DNA from: Candidatus Bathyarchaeota archaeon
GTDB lineage: Archaea > Thermoproteota > Bathyarchaeia > Bathyarchaeales > Bathycorpusculaceae
Assembly (NCBI GenBank): GCA_963806535.1
Contig: CAWDYC010000004.1
Coordinates: forward strand, 512,001 to 576,000
Length of the DNA stretch: 64,000 nucleotides
Direction of reading: 5' to 3'
The notes beneath the pieces were generated by a model, which worked only from the letters and a program-made list of their open reading frames with translations, made no database searches and had not been told where the DNA came from. The translations under genes were made by a program, and so were the position numbers. This document shows positions 19,999 to 31,800 of the stretch, piece after piece (within the stretch, counting starts at the first letter, position 1; the number at the start of each line of letters is the position of its first letter).

Positions 19999-21773
19999 TT
20001 GAACGACGAAGTTAAATGCTCAAAACCTGAATGCGACAAATTCACTGCAATTAACGAATTAGCGAAGCGTCGAGGATTTTTCTGGCCATCATTTGAGATT
20101 TATGGTGGCAGCGGCGGCTTTGTAACTTATGGTCCGCTTGGCACAAGACTGAAACAAAATATTGAGGCAAAACTAAGAGAGCTTTTTGTTAAAAAAATTG
20201 GTATTTACGAAATGGAATCATCCATAATAGCTCCTGGCAAAGTCTTCGAGGCGTCAGGTCACGTTGACCATTTTAAGGAGCCGATGGTTGAATGCCAAAA
20301 CTGTCACACTCGTTTCCGAGCAGACCATTTGCTTGAAGAAAAAGGCATAAGCTCGGCTGAAGCAGAAAAAATGACTTTGCCAGAAATTAAAGAAGAGATT
20401 GAGCGTCACGGTGTTATTTGTCCTGACTGCGGCGGCAAATTCGGAGAACCCCAACGTTACTTAACCATGTTTGAAACAACAATTGGTCCTTACTCCGGCT
20501 CGGTTGGTTACGGCAGACCTGAAGCTGCGCAAAACATTTTCGTTGAATTCAATCGCCTCTACACTGCTGCTCGAGAGCGGCTTCCTTTTGGAGTTATCGC
20601 AAATTGGTCATGCTTTGCGCAACGAGATTTCGCCAAGGCAAGGATTAATTCGTCTTAGAGAATTCACTATTTCAGATTTAGAGTTCTTCTTTGATCCTGA
20701 AGAGCCTTGCTGCCGTTTTCTTTGTGAAGTGGAAAACGAAGTTTTACCGATTCTGCTATGTGAAACAAGACTCAAAGAATGCGAAGATACAACAGATCTG
20801 ACGGTTCGAGAAGCGCTTGATCGTAAAGTGATCCGTTCAGAGTGGCAAGCGTTTTTCATGGCAATGGCTAAAAAACTTTTAGTTGAACTTGGCGTGCCAG
20901 CGGAGAAGCAGCGGTTTCATTGAAAAGCTAACATGGGAAAAAGCTCATTACTCAAGCCAAAGCTTCGACCAAGAAGTCCTAGTTGACCGCTGGGGCTGGG
21001 TAGAAGTCTCTGGACATGCATACCGCACAGACTACGATTTATCCTGCCATATGAAAGCCAGCGGCGTTGACATGACTGTTTACAAAGAATACGCTAATCC
21101 AGTGGAAAAAGAAGAATTGGTTGTTAAGCCAATTATGGCTAAGCTTGGTCCAGTGTACAAGGGTGAAGCCGCAAAAGTAGCTGCGCTGCTAGCGAAGGTT
21201 CCTGCGCAGGAAGTTGCCGACGCCATGCAAAAACAAGGTTCATTTATGGTTGACAAATATGAAATTAAATCTGACCAAGTGGATATTAGCCGCCAAAAAA
21301 CTATTGTTCGAGGCACCCGTTTCGTTCCTCACGTTGTGGAGCCCAGTTTCGGTTCTGACAGGCTCTTTTACGTGGCATTAGAGTACGCTTACGGCATCAA
21401 AGATGATCGTGTTGTCATGAGTTTTCCACGAAGCATCGCGCCGATTCAGGTTGGAGTTTACCCGTTGATGAGTAAAGACGGCTTAGACACCAAAGCAGTG
21501 GAAGTGCATAAGATGTTGGCATGCGAGGGCTTCATGGTTGAACTTGACGAAACAGGCTCAATCGGCAGACGATATGCAAGAGCTGACGAGGCAGGCGTAC
21601 AATTAGGATTAACCATAGATTATGAAACATTAGAAAAGGACACAGTAACCATACGAGACCGTGATAGTTGGCTCCAAGTTCGAACAGCAATCAAAGACCT
21701 ACCGCAACTATTACACAGCTACTTTGAAGAAAAAATTAATTTCAAAGATTTAGGAACATTAATTGAAAGTTAA
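19999..21773 (+). CDS. glyS: glycyl-tRNA synthetase, alpha2 type (two frameshifts in assembly)
   Basis: RRGFFWPSFEIYGG, SGHVDHF, RPEAAQ, RNEISPRQGLIRLREF, PHVVEPSFG.DR, SIGRRYARADEAG. Confidence 0.95.
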
Positions 21774-21846
21774 GAGTTACCTTTTTTAATAAACACTTGT
21801 TAAGTAACAATGTTAAATTAGGGATAATTGTCGGCGGGGAAACAGA

Positions 21847-22507
21847 ATGGTACTTCCATCAGAAACAGAAGAACGCGTTAAGAGACGAGCTTTAAACGCT
21901 TGCAACGATAACCTGCGCAAAGTCGTAGATGTATCCAGAAAAATCCCTCAACTTGTTGAGTATTTTGCAAGCGGAGATAAAGAAAACGCAAGAAAACTCT
22001 TAAGCGAAATCAGAACAGGTGAAGAAGAAGTTGTCAAGGCAAGACGCATGGTTTCTCAAGAACTAGCTGAAATAGGCGCTATTCTGATTGCCCGAGAAGA
22101 CTTTTTACGATTCACGAATTTGTCAAGTGAAATAGCTGATTTCTCAGAAGGAATAGCTTACTACATAGTTGAAATAATGGAGCATAACTGGGTTATTTCA
22201 TCTGATGTCAAAAAAGACTTGCTTAAACTTTCCGTGGCTGTCTTAGACACCGTTCTGAAACTCAGAGAAACCATGATGGTTCTAAACTATGGCTCACAAA
22301 AAACCTTAGAAAAAGCAAAAGACGTTGAAATCGCTGAGCGCATAGTAGACGACCAGTACCGAGCATTAACTATAAAAGTTCTCAACGGCAAACTTGACGT
22401 TTCAGTTCTGCTGCTTCTTAAGAGATATCCTTCAATTGCTTGAAAACTCCGCTGACAAAGCAGAAGACGCAGCTGACGCCGCACGAATGCTGTCGTTCAT
22501 CATGTAA
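21847..22507 (+). CDS. DUF47 / PhoU-like phosphate transport regulator family protein (frameshift near end)
   Basis: helical repeats REDFLR...IAD and ERIVD...LENSADKAED. Confidence 0.75.
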
Positions 22508-22518
22508 GAGCGACTTCC

Positions 22519-23073
22519 ATGCCAAAAATACAGGTAGAACTCATAGAAAACTTTCTTGTTGTGTGGGATTCCGCTGAAGGTTCACAACTCTACAAAGCAG
22601 GGTATTATGGTAAACCCCTTGGCATTTCAAAACCAAAAATCCCAGAGTTCGATGCCCCATTAATTTTGGATTTGATGGAAGGCTTATACCTTGTCGAAAA
22701 CAAAAAAATAGAAATCTACGAAAATCCCGACATGAACAAGGTTAGCCTCAAAAAGCTAAAGCAGAAAGCTAAGCAGTTGTACGATGAGTTTGAAGAAAAA
22801 TACGCTGTTTACCATGACCTAAGAGACAGCGCCTTAATTGTTACTCCTGGAATAAAGTTTGGCTGCGACTTCGCCGTTTACAAGTACGGTCCAGGCGTTG
22901 AACATGCTCCCTACATGGTTTCGGTTAAAAAATCAGGCTCAGACATTTCAGCCACTGAGATTGTGAAGGCTGGACGTTTAGCTACAACGGTTCGTAAACG
23001 TTTTATTATTGCTGTGCCTGATTTGGGTTCAAATAAAGTGAAGTATTTGATTTTCAAGTGGTTTAAGGCTTAG
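22519..23073 (+). CDS. endA: tRNA-intron endonuclease (catalytic subunit)
   Basis: YAVYHDLR...GIKFGCDFAVY..GP..EHA...GRLATTVRK with the Y/H/K triad. Confidence 0.92.
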   Translation: MPKIQVELIENFLVVWDSAEGSQLYKAGYYGKPLGISKPKIPEFDAPLILDLMEGLYLVENKKIEIYENPDMNKVSLKKLKQKAKQLYDEFEEKYAVYHDLRDSALIVTPGIKFGCDFAVYKYGPGVEHAPYMVSVKKSGSDISATEIVKAGRLATTVRKRFIIAVPDLGSNKVKYLIFKWFKA

Positions 23074-24371
23074 TTTGCTATTATTGTTTGGTTTTGGAAT
23101 TCTCCTCGAATGGTTTGATGCGGATAAATTTTTGATGCTGAAAGCATGCAGCCTTCTTCAAGTTTAACGTCGTCTGCAACTACTGAGACAGCGGTTATTT
23201 TTGTTGGTTTACGCTGGCTTGAATTAACAACAACGTGTCTTCCGATTATGCTGTCGTGCACTTCAGCGCATTCTCCAATAATTACCCTGTCCATTACTGC
23301 AGAGTTAGTTACCACTGCGTTTTTGCCAATTCTTGTAAAGTTGTCAATGCATGAATCAACTATTCTTGCGCCATCTTCAATTTGACAGTGTCTACCAATC
23401 AAAACAGCGCCTTCAAGGGTAATTTTCTTTTGTTTTATTTTTTGGATAATTTCTTGGCGGCGTTTTTCTGAGTCGTTGCTTTCTCCTTGCACCCAAATTG
23501 GGCTTCCTTCTTTTAGTCTATCGCCGAAATCATTGAGTGCGCAGAAGTTGCCATTTAGACAGGTTTTTCATGGCGGCTAAGTAGTTTTTGGGTGTGCCTA
23601 CATCAAACCAGTTGCCTTTTAATGTGTAACCGTAAACTGGGCGTCCGACTTTGAATTACATATGGAATGAAGTCGTAGCCGAAATCTAACCTGTTTTTTT
23701 CTTTAATTATTTGTTGGATGCCTTTTTCCTTGAAAATCTTTCTTATTTCAGGTGACAACACATACAAGCCTGTGTTTGCAAGGTTGCTGGGAGCATCTTT
23801 CGGCAAAGGCTTCTCAACAAATCGTTTAATGCAACCATTCTTATCAATGTCGGCTATACCTAAGCCTTCTACGTTTTCAACTTCTCGCAGCACGATTGTT
23901 AAGGCAGCGCATTTTTCTTTATGATAATCAATTAGGCTTTTGACTTTGATGTCAAATATGTTGTCGCCTTGCACTGCAAAAACTGGGTTGTTAAGTTCAT
24001 AATACTCCATGTTTATTCTTGCTGAATCAGCGCTTCCTAAATCTTCCACGTTAGGTTGATATTTTATGTGGATGCGTGGTTTTATGTTGTATCGTGCTGA
24101 GAATCCATAGCCTGATTCAAAGTAATCATAGAGGTCTCGGTAGTTAGTGTAGCCTTTTACTCCGAAGATAAAGTTGCGTATGCCTTGGCTTGCCAGCGAC
24201 AAAAGCGAAAACTCCACAAGCGGCCTGTTTAGTCAAACGTAGGCAGGCTTTGCTTGTTTCAGCCGTCAGGGGCAGGAGGCGTGTTGCTTTTCCGCCTACA
24301 GGAATGATTACTCTTATTTTTTCAGGCGCATAGTTATCTCCGACCAGAGGCGCGTAATTGTCGCTCAACAT
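23070..24371 (-). CDS. NDP-sugar pyrophosphorylase with C-terminal hexapeptide repeats (frameshifted)
   Basis: IPVGGKATRLLPLT..SK, QGDN, FVEKP, ANTGLY, WFDVG; left-handed beta-helix repeats. Confidence 0.85.
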
Positions 24372-24717
24372 CTCACCAGCAATTAATTGTTATGAAAGAT
24401 ACTTTATGTTAAAACCTTTTAAACCTGTTTCTTAGTAGAACTAAATTTGCTAAGTAATCTGCTAGCACATTTTAGACATAAGAAACCTATGGCAGCGATG
24501 CTTAGTCTCTTATCAGAAACGTACAAATCAAAGGTTGGAAGAGCCGGCAATTCTAAATCAATAAATCAATAAGTGTTATTAAAATGGCTCATAAGAAATT
24601 TCGCGGATTTAGACTTTAACAACACCTGATAGTTTTGCTAACTTTCATAAGGAACGCAAATTAGTAGAAGCTTTTATAGGATATGCCGATGAAACTTAAT
24701 CAAAACGGTTAGATAAT

Positions 24718-25569
24718 ATGAACAAGCTTGGCGGCTTTATCCGGTTAATGCGACCAGTCAACTGTGCAATGATGGGCTTAGCCGTTTTCGTCGGCGCACT
24801 TTTGGCAGTTTCCCAACCCTTCCAAGGCGCCTGGCTAAACATTGTCTTTGGCTTTTTCACAGGTTTTCTTCTGTGCGCCGCCGCCATGACAATAAACGAT
24901 TATTACGACAGAAGAATTGATGCAGTAAATGAGCCAACACGCCCAATTCCAAGCGGTTTAGTCAGCGCCAGAGAAGCTTTAGCGTTTGTCGCTGTGCTCA
25001 CTGTGGTTGGCTTAGTTTTGGCTTACTTCTCAAGTGTTCTGTGTCTTCTTGTGGCGGCAGCAGCGTGGGTTATAACAGTAAGTTATGTTACTGTGGGAAA
25101 ACGAAGTGGGTTGCCGGGCAATTTTTTAGTCAGCATATGCGTCGCTATTCCTTTTATTTACGGAAGCATCGCAATCACAGGCGGTTTGCAGCTTAACGTT
25201 TTGCTTTTTGCCTTGATGGCTTTCTTGGCGAATACGGGCAGAGAAATCACTAAAGGAATCGTTGATGTTAAAGGCGACAGTGCCGAAGGCATCAAGACTC
25301 TGGCAGTGCGGTTTGGCGAAAAAAACGCTGCAATTGTTGCTGCAGTTTTTTATGTTTCTGCCGTTGCTTTGACGCCTGTTACATGGTTATTGCATCTTGT
25401 AGGCATTTGGTTTATCCCATTTGTTTTGGTAACTAATATTGGACTTGTCGGGTCCTCTGTGCTTTTACTTAGGGATTATTCGCGTGAGAATTCTCGGCGG
25501 ATTAAAAAATATGTTCTTTTATGGTTTATCTTCGGTTTGTTAGCCTACATTTTTGGCAGTTTCAAATAA
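24718..25569 (+). CDS. digeranylgeranylglyceryl phosphate synthase (UbiA prenyltransferase family)
   Basis: LMRPVN, INDYYD.RIDAVNEP.RPIPSG, REITKGIVDVKGD...GIKTLA. Confidence 0.88.
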   Translation: MNKLGGFIRLMRPVNCAMMGLAVFVGALLAVSQPFQGAWLNIVFGFFTGFLLCAAAMTINDYYDRRIDAVNEPTRPIPSGLVSAREALAFVAVLTVVGLVLAYFSSVLCLLVAAAAWVITVSYVTVGKRSGLPGNFLVSICVAIPFIYGSIAITGGLQLNVLLFALMAFLANTGREITKGIVDVKGDSAEGIKTLAVRFGEKNAAIVAAVFYVSAVALTPVTWLLHLVGIWFIPFVLVTNIGLVGSSVLLLRDYSRENSRRIKKYVLLWFIFGLLAYIFGSFK

Positions 25570-25659
25570 AAACAAGACATTTACTTTTCACGTATATATC
25601 AGCATGTTAGCAACCATTAAAAGCCCATATCGCTGAATCACCATGTAGAGGATGTTAAC

Positions 25660-26310
25660 ATGTCTGAACGATTTGCTAAAAAATGGGAAGCAAAAAGAGA
25701 AGAAGAATCAATCGGTAAAACAATACATGACACAATTCAGCCACCGCCACCACTAAAAACAGCCTTAGACTTAGCTGTACGAAAACTTGACTTGCAAATC
25801 AACAAGCTCGACCAAGCCAATGAACGCTTTACACAGAAAGACAAAACATTGTTTTCTAAACTGGTACAGGCATACACAAATCATGATTCAGCACACGCCA
25901 ACATTTACGCTACTGAACTAGCTGAAATCCGCAAAATGACAAAGCTAATTATGAATGCAAGACTTGCACTCGATCAAGTGTCGCTCAGAATAAGGACAGT
26001 TTCAGAGCTCGGCGACGTAGTTGCCGCATTGGGACCATGCGTTGGAGTACTGCGCAGTGTCAGCTGTGGACTTGGCGGAGTGTTACCTGAAGCAGAAGGC
26101 GAATTAAGCGACATCGGAAACATGCTAAGCGGTTTAATGTTTGAAGCAGGAACAAGCAGCGGAATGTCACTAAACTTCAATACGTGCAACGAAGATGCTG
26201 AAAAAATCTTAGCTGAAGCAGCAACAGTAGCAGAACAAAGAGTCAACTCGAACTTTCCCGATTTGCCACCTGGAATGTCAACTGGCACAGCAAGCAAAAC
26301 ACAAACTTAA
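25660..26310 (+). CDS. Snf7 / ESCRT-III (CdvB-like) protein
   Basis: helical Snf7 core ANIYATELAEIRKM...LALDQVSLRIRTVSELGD; EDAEKILAEA; Pro-rich tail FPDLP. Confidence 0.85.
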   Translation: MSERFAKKWEAKREEESIGKTIHDTIQPPPPLKTALDLAVRKLDLQINKLDQANERFTQKDKTLFSKLVQAYTNHDSAHANIYATELAEIRKMTKLIMNARLALDQVSLRIRTVSELGDVVAALGPCVGVLRSVSCGLGGVLPEAEGELSDIGNMLSGLMFEAGTSSGMSLNFNTCNEDAEKILAEAATVAEQRVNSNFPDLPPGMSTGTASKTQT

Positions 26311-26476
26311 GGCAAACTAAACGTTTCTTCTCTTTGCCACTCTTTTTTCTTTTTTTTTGTCAGCTTAATTTGGATTTTCTGAATTAGATTTCAACAACCT
26401 TGATTGGATATAGATCACGATTTTTCAAAGCAAGAGTTATATCGACAACAAGCAGCTAAAGCTGTGATGAGAAGTC

Positions 26477-26608
26477 ATGCCTAAGGCGCCTCTTTGTCCT
26501 TCATGCTACGTTGAAATGAAACCCAAATGCAACAGTCAAAAAATAATAATTTATCATGAATGCCCCAAATGTGGGACCCGGATTTTATTTACTCATTCAG
26601 GACACTAA
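26477..26608 (+). CDS. 43-aa CPxCG-type zinc-finger micro-protein (below ORF track cutoff)
   Basis: MPKAPLCPSCYVEMKPKCNSQKIIIYHECPKCGTRILFTHSGH*. Confidence 0.65.
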   Translation: MPKAPLCPSCYVEMKPKCNSQKIIIYHECPKCGTRILFTHSGH

Positions 26609-27222
26609 GACGAAGTCGTCAAATCCAGAGCAATTCGTATTCCTTCCAACATCACTGATGCAAGCGTTGGGGTTAGCCAATCAGCGTTTTTCTTTAGCCA
26701 CTCCCAATCCTTCTGTATCGATCTTAAATCTGCTTTTCTGGTTTTCAGAATTTCTTTTTCCAGCGAGTTCAATTGTTTCTCTATTTTTCCCTTTTCCCCT
26801 GCAGAGATGTTGGCGGCGAGAACTTGGTCGCTGGCTTGCTTGAACGCATCTGTTACCTGCTCACTAAAACTAAGCTTGTGTTGTAACTTATTGAAAGTTT
26901 TGTCATCTTCTTCCGATGTAATTCGGCTGGTCGGGGTTTGAGTAAAAGAGAACTTATCTGCATGGCGTTCTTTATTTTCAATGACGTCAATTCCATCGGC
27001 TGTAATCTTGGCAAATGTCCATTTATCGCTATCAGTTCCAGCAAGTTCAACAAGATTTCTCTCTACCAAATAAGAAATATTGTCATCCATTTGTTTTGAT
27101 GATATTTGAAGAGTAGCCTGTATTATGGCTCTGTCAACGCCAAGACTTGCTTGGTCATCGTTAACGCGTTCATATAGCATTTCTAAAATGTCAATAAGCA
27201 CTTGGTTATCCGATGCAGACAT
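26605..27222 (-). CDS. hypothetical protein with N-terminal winged helix
   Basis: NISYLVERNLVE....AKITADGIDVIE wHTH pattern followed by a helical C-domain. Confidence 0.65.
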   Translation of the reverse strand: MSASDNQVLIDILEMLYERVNDDQASLGVDRAIIQATLQISSKQMDDNISYLVERNLVELAGTDSDKWTFAKITADGIDVIENKERHADKFSFTQTPTSRITSEEDDKTFNKLQHKLSFSEQVTDAFKQASDQVLAANISAGEKGKIEKQLNSLEKEILKTRKADLRSIQKDWEWLKKNADWLTPTLASVMLEGIRIALDLTTSS

Positions 27223-27410
27223 CGATATTCATCCCTCTTAGCGCTTTGTTAGTTGTTCGCTTAAGATTTAATATTTGTGGAAAAGATAAGCAACCAATAG
27301 CTCATGGGAGTTCAAGCTGTTTAAAAGGAAAAGTTATGTGAACGTACTGTTCTAATGATTGGACTTATATGTTCCTTGCAATGTTTTATGTGCTTTGAGG
27401 GTTCAACCGG

Positions 27411-27857
27411 TTGAATGGTCGCGACGAAACAGAACTCGAATATGCATTGCGAGGGAAAGCATGGAGAGTTTACTGGTTCCTCCTAAAAAAAGGCGAGCCA
27501 GTTGGAGTCCGAGAGGTTCAACGTGCCCTCCATTTCAGCAGCCCCAGCATCGCTTTTCATCACCTTGAGCAATTACGCGAGTTAGGCTTGGTTCAGAAAC
27601 AGGAAATTGGCGGCCATTACTCATTGGTCGGTGAAGTGAAAATTGGGGTCCTACGTCATTACGTTAAATTGGGTAAATTGCTTTTTCCACGATATTTCTT
27701 CTACGCATTGTTCTCCACAATATTTTACGCACTGTACTTGGTTGTTTTATTTAGCAGTTTCACGCGTGATAATTTATTCATTTTATCATTTGGAGCAATC
27801 GTTTGCGCAATATTCTGGTATGAGGCTTATCGTGTATGGACGATGAGGCCATTCTAA
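27411..27857 (+). CDS. membrane-anchored HTH transcriptional regulator
   Basis: VGVREVQRALHFSSPSIAFHHLEQL..LGLV followed by two C-terminal TMs. Confidence 0.8.
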   Translation: MNGRDETELEYALRGKAWRVYWFLLKKGEPVGVREVQRALHFSSPSIAFHHLEQLRELGLVQKQEIGGHYSLVGEVKIGVLRHYVKLGKLLFPRYFFYALFSTIFYALYLVVLFSSFTRDNLFILSFGAIVCAIFWYEAYRVWTMRPF

Positions 27858-27927
27858 ATGTTAGAACAGCTTGTTCGAAGGCTTAGGATAAAATAAAAAC
27901 TTGAGTCAACATATCCATGGAGAAAGA

Positions 27928-28823
27928 GTGTATAGTTCAGAAAGAAATAAAGAAGAAAATGAAAATTTACGGAACTGTAGCAGTTGTTTAAGCATTAGTT
28001 CTTGTTTCCATGATTTACGTTATTGGTACAACGTCATTAGTTTATCCGCCGAATCAATCGCCTTTTGTCTCTGGCATGAAAACTTTCTCTTCACTAGATG
28101 AGCTGAAAAACTACGTGAATAATACCTCTCAAGAACGTGGCACGTTTGCTGGAGGACCTTTAGACTCTCAATATTTCGGTTCAAACTCTCCAACCCCCTA
28201 GGCTGTACCGTCTGCAATGTCGCCTTCCGCTGTCAACGCTCAAAATTCACTCAATTATTATTGGACATTGCCAAGTGACAGCCATTCAACTAATAATGTT
28301 CAAGTCTCAGGGGTTGATGAAGCGGACACAGCAAAAATAGATGGTCAATACATCTACACAATTTCATCTACTCAAAACGCGGGTGTGCTTTATTGGAAAG
28401 CATATGGGTACGGATCTGGAAGCGACAATTCAGTATACATTGTAAATGCTGACCCTCAAAATCCACAGGTCGTATTAAAAATATCTTTGGGGAATGACAC
28501 TGAACCAGCTGGACTATTTCTAAGCTCAAACGGAAGTAAACTTGTAGTTTTAGCAAGTAAATATCAAACTTATAATTATGGGAGGTGTCATGGTGCCGCG
28601 TTCTGTAGGTGTTGCAATGCCCATGATACTTGCTTACCAGGCTGATGTTTTCACATCCATTAACGTTTACGATGAATCGAACAAGGCTAGCCCTGTGTTG
28701 ACCAGAAACTTCACTGTCAGCGAAAGTTATCATAACAGCCAAAACAACTCGATAACCGTTCACTCTATATTGGCAACATACTATACACAATCTCAAACGC
28801 TGAAATCAAACTTAACAGCCTAA
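27928..28823 (+). pseudogene. truncated secreted beta-propeller protein (Beta_propel family)
   Basis: STNNVQVSGVDEADTAKIDGQYIY signature; in-frame TAG at 28199, frameshifts, and far shorter than typical family members. Confidence 0.6.
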
Positions 28824-28897
28824 CAGACCTTCGCAAATAACAGAAATCTACCTAAGCTAAAATTTCTACATTATTTCTTTCTTTTTGTTGCGTAAGT

Positions 28898-31800
28898 TTA
28901 ATTCTCTTTATTATCTTTAGCGTAAACTTCAACTCTAACTTCTTGAGATGATTTTCCCAGAAGATCTGTTAGAGAGCCTTTCCATTTGGGGTTAGAGTTT
29001 GCCGTAAAGCCTACAGTTTGTGCTATGCCTCTCCACAGCAAGGCTTTATCATAGTCTTTGGCGTCTTGTGGCATAAACTCAAAAATCGATCGGCTTGCAA
29101 TGATTACAAGTTTCTTTTTCATTCGGGAAATGGCGACGTTTATTCTGTTTAGATTAAGCAGGAAGTCACTTTCTGAACGAACATAATCAGGATCGCTCAC
29201 TGTCGAAGAAATGATTATGCAGTCACCTTCGCCACCTTGGTAACGCTCCACAGTGTCAACCCGCACATTTTCGTAGCCGTCAAGCAGCAAATTCTTCACC
29301 ACACCCCTTTGAGCATTATGTGGTGTAACAATTCCCACACCTTCTGACTTTACATTGCGGACAAGAGCATCAACAATTTTTGCCTCTACCAAATTTGATT
29401 GAAAACTTTCTATCTCATCATGAACAATCAAAACAAAAATGTTGTTAGGCTCCAAAACAACTTTCAAACCCTCTGTTGGAGGCATCACAGGCGTTAGAGT
29501 TTGTGTTTGGTCAGAGCGAAAATCAATCCCATCTTTGTGGTATACCCAATCTTTTAGAAACTTTGCAACAACTTGGTGGCATCGATGTGTTTCGCTTAAG
29601 CGTTCTGTTGGAATATCGGCTTTGTGCAACGCTTTAACGTGTTCAATCCCAAGGTCTTCTTGTCGTAGTAAACGAAGGAAATCCATAGCCGAAAGAAATG
29701 AAGCCATTTCTTCAATGGTGCGCCTATCCTCTTTTTCCCAATTATGCGCTTGAATTGGAGGTAACTGTCTATGGTCACCAGCCACCATAATTTGAGCGTT
29801 CTTATCAACAAAGGCGCCTGAAAGAATCAATTCGGGAAGCCGCATCATGCTTGCCTCGTCAACAACTAGTAAGTCAAAGAAGCCTTCGTTCCAGGCTGGT
29901 TCTTTGCCTCCGATTTTCTTCATGAGACCATATAACCCGGGCGGCGTTACACATAAAACCAAAGGAAACCCATCTGCTGAATTTGGAAACCAGCTTGTTT
30001 TGGCTTGACAGCGCATCTTTTAATTCCGTAACTATTTCTTCATCTTCGTTGTAGTTTACGTATTGTACGCCATCAATTGCTTTTGATGAAGAAACATGGT
30101 TGTTTAGAACTCTATAAATTCGTAAGGTCGGCTAAGTCTTTGTTTCCTTCTTTGCAATAGGTTCGCCAAGACTTTGCTAGTTTGGTAACAAATTCATGAA
30201 TTGCTTTATGTGTAGGCGCAACCATCAAAACACGACACTTGCAGACTGCTTTATGGGCTGCAATATGAGCGAGAACCGCTAATTGCAAGGTTTCAGTTTT
30301 TCCTGTGCCTGGTGGACCTTGAAGCATAACAACTTGTTCCTTACCAAAAACCCGGTCAATGAAACGGCTTTGCTCCGGTTTAGGTGGAAGCCTCTTGTTT
30401 TCAGCCCACCCCAAGAACGCCCTCGCTTTTTCCTTAGACTAATGCAGTGCGCTGTGAAGGTTTGTTTGTTCCTGCCAAAAAACCAGCCAGCAAGCAATAC
30501 AGTTCATTGTCGGCTGCGTAGTCAAGGCATTTTGCTGCCCGCTCCGAAATAATATCATCTGCTAAATTATCTAAGATGTATTTGCGTCCCGCTTCAAAAA
30601 GTTGCATGTGTTTACTATTGGTGGCTTTTTCTTTGTCTGTGGTTGGAAGATCATGCCAAGTGCTGTATCGTCTACTTTTGCCGCTGGGCCAACTGACCAC
30701 TTTGAGGGTTATCTCCATTTTTCGTAAATCGACTTTTTCAACTATAACGCGGGCAGATTTTTCTACATGTGACGGTGCCCTTTGGTTTGATTTCCTCAAA
30801 CTGTCCTTGATCATTTAATCTGATTTCGGTGGCAACCATCCAGTCGCCAGAGCCAGAATCGTCAGATCCTTTGACTCTGCATGCATTAACCATGCACTCG
30901 GACTTTGGTAACCCAAGCCCATCATAAATTAGCTTGCCCGTAACCACAAAATCATGATCAAATTCTTCAGCGCTTAAACATTCAAAAATCAATGATCTGC
31001 CTGAGGCTACCCGTTGACATGGAAGCAGAGCATAATGTTGAAACATTTCTTGTCGCTTGGCAAAATATTCCAGGTCTAAGAATTCACGGCAGCTTCTCTC
31101 AAGAGTTGAGCATCCTAAAGTGAACTCGGTGATTTTTGGAATGTTTATTGGTTTTTTGCCTAATCTGCGATTGCGTATAGAAAGCGAGCGTTCGATGCAT
31201 TCAAGAGCCAAACAAATCTTTTCGGCCAAAAGCATCAAGTCTTCTTCAGTGATTTTTCGCGTTTTATGTGGGTAATCGCACCATAAACGCTTCTCAACCA
31301 TTATTTTCTCGTGGCCGTCCACTTGGCTTGATGTCAAGTCTTCCTTTGGCGCCCCAGACATACTCGATTGGAATCTGGTTTCCAAAACGTGCCCTTGCGG
31401 GATAATACCCTTCTTTGAGCCTCGCATCGTCAGAACCAAGTATGAATGAAATTGAACCAGAAGGGCTTCGTGTGTATGGCAGTTCAAAGTTAAAGAAGCC
31501 ATCTCGGAAAGCCTGTCGCAGGTCTAACCGTGAGCCATCTTTGCGGTTAACTGTCCATTGGTTAGAATCGAAGTAGCAGCATTGTTTGAGAACAGGCAAA
31601 ATCCCCGTACTGTGGTACCCAACTGCTTTTCTCAGCATGATTTCGTCTTGAAGGATGGAGAACATGGGTTGGTCAATTGCTTGCCTCAGACCCAGAAGGT
31701 CTTGCATTGCATGAGCAGACGTCATATAAAGTGAGTGACGACGTACAGCTTCCATTAAGTGGTCTCGTTCTTGCCTAGTGTAGAAGTAAAGGTGAATTGG

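Noticed and set aside
20580-20930. Programmed frameshifting in glyS and other split genes
   Set aside because: The shifts are numerous, fall in unrelated genes and lack a consistent slippery site or stimulator; sequencing error is the simpler explanation.
24325-24362. Duplicated DNYAP peptide at the N-terminus of the NDP-sugar pyrophosphorylase
   Set aside because: A single 24-bp duplication that probably reflects alternative starts; no functional evidence.
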